Positions 1 to 7,657 of a DNA stretch of 34,719 bases are shown one piece after another; within the stretch, counting starts at the first letter, position 1; each line of letters begins with the position of its first letter. A program made the translations under genes and the position numbers. Source of the DNA: Bdellovibrionales bacterium (GTDB lineage Bacteria > Bdellovibrionota > Bdellovibrionia > Bdellovibrionales > JAMPXM01); contig JAYUEN010000376.1 in the NCBI GenBank assembly GCA_043739185.1, positions 1 to 34,719 of the forward strand, in the 5' to 3' direction. Under the pieces are notes generated by a model. That model was not told the origin of the DNA. It saw only the letters and a program-made list of their open reading frames with translations, and made no database searches.

Positions 1-1016
1 GCCCGTTAGGCCTTCTTTCGTGGGCTTGAGACTCCAACTGATAGATCGATCTTTACTCACGATGAAAATTCTACCACCCACACCTTTTTTAAATTCTGAA
101 ATAAGGTATTGGTCTTTTTCAAGCTCTTGAACTCCACCTTGGCTATCGGCATAAAAGTTTATGTCTTTATTGCCTTCGAAAATCATCTTTTTGGTTTATA
201 ATACGGGATCGTATTTTAAAATTGCTGAAGATTTTTCTGCATATTCATTGTCATAATATAAAATTGATTTGGCTTCCCTATCTAACTGAACATCGTGAAT
301 CGAATGCCCTTTCGAGAGGGCCTCAAAAGGAATGGACCATAATATTTTCTTAAAATCTTGGCTTAAAATAAATAAAATACAGAGTCCATTTACTGTGACC
401 AGAAAATTTCCTTTTTCCAATGCCTTTATTTTTTTTTTGAGATTTGATTTTTCGGAATCTCATAAACAGAATTAGCGTGGGAAAATTCGTGAAGAGTTGG
501 CAAAAAGGAAGTCTTTTCGGATTCACTAGCTCCTTCTCTAGGGCGAACTAAGCTAATATAAGTATTTCCGAAATAAGATGTTGAGTGCCTGCTTGCCAAC
601 TCTTCTCGGTGATCAAAGAAATCAAAGTACTTGGTCTCATTTCCCTCAAGGTCAAATATGCTAATGCGATCAAATCGCGTGCGCTCATTACGAAACTCAT
701 GAAAAGAGGACTGCAAGAAGATGAAGTGTGTTGAGTCCAGCATACGAATTGTATGATGTGCATTGAGTTTTTTTTCCCAAAGTATCTTCGCCTCCGGAGA
801 AAGCATAAAGATATGAGATTGAGTGCTCGAAATAACCCGCCCATCATCCAAATAAATGCAATGAGAACCAGGAAACTTTCGAAGGAGAGCTCCTTCATAG
901 TTTAAAATTTGGCATTCGTAAGTATAACTATAATTATCTTCGGCTTTTGCATTCAAAGACGAAAACAAAAGCCCAAACGCAAGCCAAAATTTGAAGTACG
1001 AACACCTCAAACTCAT
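1..1016 (-). pseudogene. Secreted arylsulfotransferase-like (ASST-type beta-propeller) gene, disrupted by a frameshift and an in-frame stop; runs off the window edge
   Basis: ORF 426-1016 has a signal peptide and HH and SHANSV motifs, and ends at an A10 tract (T10 at 429-438). ORF 196-420 continues with GNFLVT..ILWS..IHDVQL..ILYYDN. After the TAA at 196-198 the same frame stays open to base 1 (FYADSQGGVQEL..YLISE..GRIFIV..ISWS), which resembles ASST C-terminal blades. Confidence 0.7.
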
Positions 1017-1891
1017 TTTGAATTTTTAAAACAAAAATTAGCTTTTAATAGCGGTTTTTCGAGATTCGCCACCGAGTGAACAGACGCTAAGGACACTTCG
1101 TCTTTTGCACAAGTCTCAGTCTTATTTTCAAAGACAAGTGAAAAATTCTTTTTATCTTTTGAAATCAAAAAGCTCGGCAATTTTGACTCTGCTGCTTTTT
1201 GACTTAAGAGCGGTCGTATTTCATCTAGGGTGCCGAAAAATGAACTCTCAGAAAGTGCTCCGTAGAGCCCCCAGGCTTGTTTAGCATTTTTAGGAAATTG
1301 CTTTTGAAGGAGAGCCGGCAAGCTTTTCACTTCAACTAATTTGAATTTATTGGTCGTCTTCCAGGCATCATAATCGATCTTTTTCACAAAAGGGTCGCCA
1401 ATAAGTTGAGAAAAAACATAACCGCGTTCTTTAGCGATTTGATGACAAGCCACACAGCCTTGCGTAACTTGCTTGAGATCTCCCGGAAAAGTATTGCCGC
1501 TCCAATCAAAGAGCGCATAGCCCCAGCCTTGAGAATCTTTGTATTTATTTTTATCCTTTACCATAAATTGAATTCTTCTCTTCCCACTCGGAACGGCCGA
1601 GCTCGGAAATGCCGGGTCTTCTTCAGAAGCAATACCAATCTTTGCGAAAACGGATCCATCGGGGTATTCAGTTTCGTTGGCTTTTAAGGTTTTGAAAGCA
1701 AGATCATTTGCATAGACAAATCTCATTTCGGCCGAGTCTTTGCGATATCGAACTGTCACAAAGTTAAACGAGGTTTTGAAATCTTCATATTGATCGGCTG
1801 AGATTTCATTCATTTTTGTTTCAGCCAGAAGGTTTTGACCAAGAAATAGCGCAAACAGTAAAAAGGCCATACTTTGAAAATTCAATTTCAT
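1013..1891 (-). CDS. Cytochrome P460-family monohaem c protein with an extra C-terminal domain
   Basis: Signal peptide from ATG at 1891 (MKLNFQSMAFLLFALF..A). Motifs EMRFVY, YPDGSVFAK, MVKD, WGYALF, CVACH and YVFS follow the P460/c'-beta pattern. 4-nt overlap with the downstream gene. Confidence 0.8.
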   Translation of the reverse strand: MKLNFQSMAFLLFALFLGQNLLAETKMNEISADQYEDFKTSFNFVTVRYRKDSAEMRFVYANDLAFKTLKANETEYPDGSVFAKIGIASEEDPAFPSSAVPSGKRRIQFMVKDKNKYKDSQGWGYALFDWSGNTFPGDLKQVTQGCVACHQIAKERGYVFSQLIGDPFVKKIDYDAWKTTNKFKLVEVKSLPALLQKQFPKNAKQAWGLYGALSESSFFGTLDEIRPLLSQKAAESKLPSFLISKDKKNFSLVFENKTETCAKDEVSLASVHSVANLEKPLLKANFCFKNSK

Positions 1892-1914
1892 AATTTCAAA
1901 CTCAACTTTCGGAT

Positions 1915-2469
1915 TTAAGGACAATGGACCAATAGTTCTGATAACCAATCTTTAGAGTCTAACAATAAGGTGAAAAATGAGTATAGTATTTTATTTTTTT
2001 TGCAATATACAAACAGCGTTTGAGTGTGGACTGGTTCTCGCGTGCTGCATCCCAATTGAAAATAACGGGATGAAAACAAGTTGCGTTGATCAATAATTTC
2101 GATTTCATTTTCATTGCTTAAGCCCTTGGGTAAGTTCGCAAGTCGGCATTTCACTGGCACAGAATCTTGTCCAGAATAGGGTTCAATATTCGATAAAAAA
2201 TAAATTTCTTGAGACTTGATAAATGCAGCTGTTTTTAGCTTCGCCTCTTCAGCTGTCAAATCTATATACTTTTTAAGTCTAGTTGTTTCCGGCTTAAGAT
2301 ATTTTTCGTAATTGATATTGGTAAGAAAGTTTTCGCCATCCAGCCTAATTTGGATTTGCTTTTCAGGTTTTTGTAGAGGTGAAGCACATGAGTATAGACA
2401 AATACTAAATATGGCAATTGCGGAGGTGCTGCGGAGCGCCTCCAAAACTAAGCAGGTACATTTAGGCAT
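1915..2469 (-). CDS. Hypothetical lipoprotein
   Basis: 184-aa ORF whose start overlaps the ccsA stop. Hydrophobic stretch ends in a LYSC lipobox-like motif; four further Cys follow. Exact start uncertain. Confidence 0.6.
   Translation of the reverse strand: MPKCTCLVLEALRSTSAIAIFSICLYSCASPLQKPEKQIQIRLDGENFLTNINYEKYLKPETTRLKKYIDLTAEEAKLKTAAFIKSQEIYFLSNIEPYSGQDSVPVKCRLANLPKGLSNENEIEIIDQRNLFSSRYFQLGCSTREPVHTQTLFVYCKKNKILYSFFTLLLDSKDWLSELLVHCP
2436..2459. repeat. 24-bp dispersed REP-like repeat, copy 1 (GCGCCTCCAAAACTAAGCAGGTAC)
   Basis: Identical 24-mer at 17339-17362. This copy overlaps a hairpin GGAGGTGCT-GCGG-AGCGCCTCC (2422-2443). Confidence 0.8.
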
Positions 2470-4204
2470 GTCTCATTCTCGATGCTACAGATGTTGCAAG
2501 AATTATGAGCTGCAAACTGATAAAGCCAACTACGACGGCGGTGCCCCCGCTTGAGAATCCGTAGGAATGTAAGCCGGCTGCCAATACGAAATTAACTCCA
2601 TACCAAGCCATGATCACCAAGAGGTAGGCGACTGTCGATGTCGCCAAACAGCCAAAAGCATCAAGCCAGCCAGCATATTTTGCGTGGAGTATGGCGATGA
2701 AGCCGACATCGGCGATCAAGGCCCAAGTTTCTTTTGGGTCCCATCCCCAGAATCTTCCCCATGAATAGTCGGCCCATATTCCACCGAGAATAATGCCGGC
2801 GGTAAGGAGCAGGACTCCAAGTTGAGTCATGCGGTAAGCAGAATGAGCGGAAACTTTTAAAAAATCAGGAGTGGCCGTCCCAAGAATAGTGCGAACCAGC
2901 GCGAAGTTTCCGATGAGCATACAAATTGTAAATGCAGCATATGAAATCGTTATTGTTAAAACATGAATCGTAAGCCAGTAGTTACTACGTAAGACAGCAA
3001 CAATGGGATCCATATCAGGGCTGAGAACGAGAGGAAAGCCTTCAGTCAAAATTAAAACAAGGGCACTTCCTAGAAGTAAAAAACCCACGAGCATATAATT
3101 TCCGTAAAGGGCCAAAAGCACAGAACTAAAGAGGGCAACACCCAATGCCACCCACAGCATAGTGCCATACATATTTGTTACTGGCGCAAAACCGGTAATA
3201 TAAACACGAGTCGCAAAGCCTGCAATGTGAAAGAGCAGCGGCAAGGCATAGATGATCCAGGCTGAAGGTTTTGATAATTTTTCGCGAATGGGCTTTGTAA
3301 GAAAACAAACTCCACAGAGAAAATATAAAAAAGCTGCCCACAAAAAAATGTGCAAATGATTGTGAAAAACTTCAAGATCAAGTGTCTGCACATAGTGGGT
3401 GAATAGATCGGGAGTCTTTTGAGCCTTCGTTTTTGCAAGTAAGTCGCGAGCAAAATCGGCGCTTAATTGCCCCTGGGCAAGTGCGGTTAAATATTGCTTT
3501 GCGATTTTTAGAATCTCAGTATCACCAGCGCCGGCTCCGGGCTCGCTGTTAATTCCTGAAAAATCGACACTTGCCAAAAAGTGACCGCCGCCGATCATGC
3601 CTCGAGCTAGGTTATATTGATTGGCTAATTCGAGCATGGCTTTTTCAGCAGGAACGAGCGAGCGCTTATTGGCCTGCTCTTTTTCAAGCAAGGGGCGTAC
3701 ACGTTCATCGATACCAAGTTTGTCAAGATCGGCTACGGAGTAAAAACGATGATCTCGGCGGTAACCAAGCGTTTCTCTTAAATCAGCATCGCGAATTTCA
3801 ATTATTTCAAGCGCGGAATTGTATTCAAATACGATGAGTCCAAGATAGAATTGAACCGGATCAAGCCCCCACTTACTTCGACTTCCTAAAATATACAAAT
3901 TGCTTTCGCGTGCTAAACTATCTAGCGGCTTAATACGACCATTATTTTGAACTGGCAAAGTTTCAATCGCAGACGAATCAATTTTAGCAGCAAAGATTGC
4001 AAATGCCTTTTCAGCTTCTGCTCCTGAAATTTGCGAAACCGGCGCTGTGGTAGCGGTCGGTGGTGGAAGCTTGCCATCTTCAAATTGCGTCACTGCGGGT
4101 GGCTGTGAGGTGCCATGAGGATTGACCGCTTGCGCTTGTGACCAAAGATTCGAGCTGTAGATTAAAGCAAGAAAAGCGACTCCGACCGTTAAGAGATTTT
4201 TCAT
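2462..4204 (-). CDS. ccsA: Cytochrome c biogenesis System II protein CcsA/ResC with N-terminal periplasmic domain
   Basis: WWD motif WADYSWGRFWGWDPKETWA. Conserved His in WLTIHV, ILHAK and GLHSY; APVTNMY and LVLSP..VL.SNYWL motifs; multiple TM helices. Start ATG 4204 has an GGAGA RBS and an ATGA overlap with resB. Confidence 0.93.
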   Translation of the reverse strand: MKNLLTVGVAFLALIYSSNLWSQAQAVNPHGTSQPPAVTQFEDGKLPPPTATTAPVSQISGAEAEKAFAIFAAKIDSSAIETLPVQNNGRIKPLDSLARESNLYILGSRSKWGLDPVQFYLGLIVFEYNSALEIIEIRDADLRETLGYRRDHRFYSVADLDKLGIDERVRPLLEKEQANKRSLVPAEKAMLELANQYNLARGMIGGGHFLASVDFSGINSEPGAGAGDTEILKIAKQYLTALAQGQLSADFARDLLAKTKAQKTPDLFTHYVQTLDLEVFHNHLHIFLWAAFLYFLCGVCFLTKPIREKLSKPSAWIIYALPLLFHIAGFATRVYITGFAPVTNMYGTMLWVALGVALFSSVLLALYGNYMLVGFLLLGSALVLILTEGFPLVLSPDMDPIVAVLRSNYWLTIHVLTITISYAAFTICMLIGNFALVRTILGTATPDFLKVSAHSAYRMTQLGVLLLTAGIILGGIWADYSWGRFWGWDPKETWALIADVGFIAILHAKYAGWLDAFGCLATSTVAYLLVIMAWYGVNFVLAAGLHSYGFSSGGTAVVVGFISLQLIILATSVASRMRHA

Positions 4205-6099
4205 GTCAGTTTTCTCCATTGTTTATATTTCGAACTTCGCATTACAGTGAAAATAATGATTCCCAGAACAAGAATAAGACTTCCGGTATATTTGATACTA
4301 CGGCCCGGATCTTGATTCACTGAAAAGATAGATGCTGGCGGCTGTCCGGGATTGAGTTCGTAGCTTGCCTGATACAAAACATAACCAGCATACTTCAAGG
4401 GTTCATTCATGGCGATTTTAATTTTTCCTGGCAAATTATTGACGTGAACATCACTCTCATAAGAAATCGGCGTTTGTGTGCCCGGATAATCTTTCTTATA
4501 AAATTTTTCAAGACCAATGCTAAATGGCAGGCGCAAAGTTTTTCGGCCAAAATAAATTTCAAACTCACGACCATTGCGGCTTAAGCGCTTTGGCTCACCT
4601 TCGATCAACCAAAAACTTTGTGCATCTAAAGTTCCCGGAATTTTTACTTGCAAAGCGGCCGGCGGAATATTCGTTCGTAGCGGATGCTCAATAGAGGTTA
4701 CCAGAGCTTGGTTGGAACTATTCATTTGAATATTGCCAATGGTAATCGTTATGCCCATCCAGGGTGTTTGCACCACGGTCCCGGATTCAGCCCATTGCGA
4801 AAGAAGTTCCTTTCCTTCTTTATAAAGCGCGACGCGAATCTTATTAGGCCTATCCTTATAGGCATGAAATTCAATTTCATTGCCTTGACCGCGCTGCCTC
4901 GGACTCGAAGTTTCGCCTGTGCCTGCGGACTCGATTGCCGTTCCGCCGCCGTGAGGACTAGCGGCATTTTGATTCAGATTCTCAGTGGGCATACTGGGAT
5001 CGGAATAGGTGAAGCTCATCCCAAAAATTCCTTCAGCATGCAATGAAAAGTTGGGAAATTTAGCATACAAGACTTCTCGCTGCTTTTGAGCTCCATCTGC
5101 AATCTCGATTTCGATTGCGGGATTTTTTCCTAATTCACCACCCTCACTGACTCCTCCCTGACTGACCACTGCTTGCTCATATAGTTTTTTCATACTTACT
5201 GAATACTGGCCAATTTGAATCGCGGCCTTCTTAAGTTTTGCAATTGAAATTCGTGTGACCAGGCTATTATCAGATTTCTTTCTCACTTCAATGGCCACAT
5301 CATGTGACGAAGACTTTGATTTATTCACCGCGACTGTGGCCTTTTTCACCTTCACTTTTGAAGTGGGACTCGATTTGGTTTCGCCTTGAAAACTAGAGTG
5401 CTCTAATATTCGCAAATGAGCAGGACCCATTTGAAGTTCAGAACGTTCTTTACTATGAAGCCATTCACTTTGGTTGAAGAATTGACTTTTCAAAATGAAA
5501 CCCAAAGCGACCCCATGATCGCCATCATTTTGAGGACGAAACTCAGATTCAATTGAAACAAAGGGGGCGTATTTTAAAACTACAATTCGATCGGCAACTT
5601 TATTATTTAAAAAGTCGAGCGCTTTACCAGTGAGCTCATGCGCCTGCCGAACAAATCTATAAGTCTCGGGCTGCTCACTTTCAGGAGTGGCCATTTCTAA
5701 AACTAAATCTGGTAAAATGATGGTGTCATTGGCCGCATTTTCAACTACACGCAACTGACCGTCGATGCCATATTCTGCAGTGACCAGTGACCCAAACAAT
5801 AAGGTGAGTAGCCCCAAATGAGTGATGACAAATCCTAAATGATGAATTTTATATGGAATTCGTGAAAGCGTAGAAGCGAAAATATTGATCCATAATAAAC
5901 AAAGAAGTATTTGAAACCACCAGGCTTGATAAACCAACATTTTGGCCATTTCGGCATTGTAGCGACTCTCAACGATTGTTCCGTAGGCCACTGAAAAAGC
6001 CACCGTCAGCATCAAGGGTACTGCCAGTTTAATTGAAGAAATGAACTTAAAAATTTTATTGCTTTTGAGCTTAGCGATCACTTCAAAAAATAGCTTCAC
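4201..6099 (-). CDS. resB: Cytochrome c biogenesis System II protein ResB/CcsB
   Basis: N-terminal TMs with GTIVES, VYQAWWF and ITHLG (TM-His). Large periplasmic region with LPFSIGLEKF..YPGT..P.SYES, MNEPL.Y.GY.LYQASY and DPG, then a C-terminal TM. Coupled to ccsA. Confidence 0.9.
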   Translation of the reverse strand: MKLFFEVIAKLKSNKIFKFISSIKLAVPLMLTVAFSVAYGTIVESRYNAEMAKMLVYQAWWFQILLCLLWINIFASTLSRIPYKIHHLGFVITHLGLLTLLFGSLVTAEYGIDGQLRVVENAANDTIILPDLVLEMATPESEQPETYRFVRQAHELTGKALDFLNNKVADRIVVLKYAPFVSIESEFRPQNDGDHGVALGFILKSQFFNQSEWLHSKERSELQMGPAHLRILEHSSFQGETKSSPTSKVKVKKATVAVNKSKSSSHDVAIEVRKKSDNSLVTRISIAKLKKAAIQIGQYSVSMKKLYEQAVVSQGGVSEGGELGKNPAIEIEIADGAQKQREVLYAKFPNFSLHAEGIFGMSFTYSDPSMPTENLNQNAASPHGGGTAIESAGTGETSSPRQRGQGNEIEFHAYKDRPNKIRVALYKEGKELLSQWAESGTVVQTPWMGITITIGNIQMNSSNQALVTSIEHPLRTNIPPAALQVKIPGTLDAQSFWLIEGEPKRLSRNGREFEIYFGRKTLRLPFSIGLEKFYKKDYPGTQTPISYESDVHVNNLPGKIKIAMNEPLKYAGYVLYQASYELNPGQPPASIFSVNQDPGRSIKYTGSLILVLGIIIFTVMRSSKYKQWRKLT

Positions 6100-6292
6100 A
6101 TAATTCCTTAATTGAAAAAAATGAATTGCCTAAGGGCTCTATCTTCATTGATAATTTTACAAATTAATACTGCAATTTTAATGATGGTGCGATGCAAATT
6201 TAGAAGCAAGTTTGAAAACGAAGTAAGACGCAATATGCTTAAGCAAAACGGGGCAAGCAATTTTAAAGAACAGCCAATACTCAAAGCCTAAA
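6100..6292. promoter_or_regulatory. Divergent promoter region between resB-ccsA and the porin-cytochrome operon
   Basis: AT-rich spacer of about 190 bp between head-to-head genes; individual promoter elements not resolved. Confidence 0.55.
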
Positions 6293-7657
6293 GTGAGCAA
6301 ATTGCCCACTGCCATCTACAGTTTGGCGATGACAACATTGAAGTCGTTGAACAAATGGCCTCTGGCACTCAGCCTTCTTGTTTGCGTTCAAGCTGCACTG
6401 GGTACAGAAGTCAATGGACGCCTTACTGTTGGTGGCTATGTGGCGACTGAAGAGATTGATCTTCCAACTAGTCTTGCGAGTCGCAATGATGTTGAAACGC
6501 TCTCGGCCAGAGCCTATCTAAGAATAAATGATTTCGGCAAAGCGGGCAGCGAGTTGATTTCAGATTTAAGAGATAAAAATGACTTTTTTGGCAATGTTGA
6601 CAAACAAAATCTGCAACTCGCCCCCTCAAATAGCTTTCAAGTTCATCAATTGTCAGCGCAATTACCGTTTAGTAAGTTGTTTACCAAGCTCGGACGCTTT
6701 CCGGTAAATGAAGCCGGAGCCGCTACCGATGGCGCCGAAATAGGTTATAAATTTGGGCCCTCTTTTCAATCCGCGCTCTTTGGTGGATACAATCCCCGTG
6801 TCCCCGGACAAAAATATTATGTTTTCAACGCCAATGCGAATGTCTATGGCGGTTATTTTGTATACCAGCCGACGTCTGCAATATTTGGCCGCTCGTTTTA
6901 CTTCTCAAACGCCATTGTCAGTGAAAAAGTCGACGGCCTCACCGATCGAAACTACTGGTTTGAAAACTTAACTTATCAATGGAGTATGCGAAGCCGGATT
7001 TTATTTCTCACCTATTTAGACTTTGTACCAAATTCCTATTTGCAAAACGGCACCTTTCAGTGGCAGCAGGTGCTCGGTGAAAAATGGTCCGCAAGTACGA
7101 ATATCATTTCAGTTGATGTCGTTGAATATGCTCATATTCAGGGGGTTAGGTCATTGCTACCCTCGTCGCCCTATCATGAACAGAGTGAGTTTTTAAGATA
7201 TACCATTAACGATCAATTTTGGAGCGAGCTTCGCTATATATCCGGTCAAAGACTTATTGATGGTTTGAATCGTACGGATCTTGTTTGGGCGACAGACTAT
7301 AGTAACTTTGGTGGTCGTCACTGGGATACAAGTTACCAACTCGGATACTCCAATGATTTTCAAAGCAAAGACGTTTTTCTCAAGTTTGGGCTAGCCTATT
7401 TCTCGCGAAAGTGGGAGTTTAGCCTGGACGAAGAGGTGCGAAGTGCTGTTTACAGCGACGGCACTTATCATCCTATTACGACGGATATCAATATTGCGCG
7501 CACTTTTCGCAACGATTTTTTCGCAATTTTTGGCGCCCAAGATATTATCGACGAACGTGTGAAGATTATGGCTGGATATTTTAAATTGACCTATCGCTTT
7601 GGCAGTTCAAGTATGGCTCCGATTCGCGATGGCGCTCCCCCAAGGGGGCGCTTATGA
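6293..7657 (+). CDS. Putative outer-membrane beta-barrel (porin of a porin-cytochrome complex)
   Basis: Signal peptide (likely start ATG 6329). Aromatic-rich alternating beta-strand pattern, TKLGRF motif, terminal strand YFKLTYRF plus a short tail. ATGA-coupled to the multihaem gene. Confidence 0.75.
   Translation: MSKLPTAIYSLAMTTLKSLNKWPLALSLLVCVQAALGTEVNGRLTVGGYVATEEIDLPTSLASRNDVETLSARAYLRINDFGKAGSELISDLRDKNDFFGNVDKQNLQLAPSNSFQVHQLSAQLPFSKLFTKLGRFPVNEAGAATDGAEIGYKFGPSFQSALFGGYNPRVPGQKYYVFNANANVYGGYFVYQPTSAIFGRSFYFSNAIVSEKVDGLTDRNYWFENLTYQWSMRSRILFLTYLDFVPNSYLQNGTFQWQQVLGEKWSASTNIISVDVVEYAHIQGVRSLLPSSPYHEQSEFLRYTINDQFWSELRYISGQRLIDGLNRTDLVWATDYSNFGGRHWDTSYQLGYSNDFQSKDVFLKFGLAYFSRKWEFSLDEEVRSAVYSDGTYHPITTDINIARTFRNDFFAIFGAQDIIDERVKIMAGYFKLTYRFGSSSMAPIRDGAPPRGRL

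Noticed and set aside
6148..6170. TTGATAATTTTACAAATT as a possible FNR or Fur box
   Set aside because: Only a half-site matches (no ATCAA arm, poor Fur symmetry) in very AT-rich DNA.
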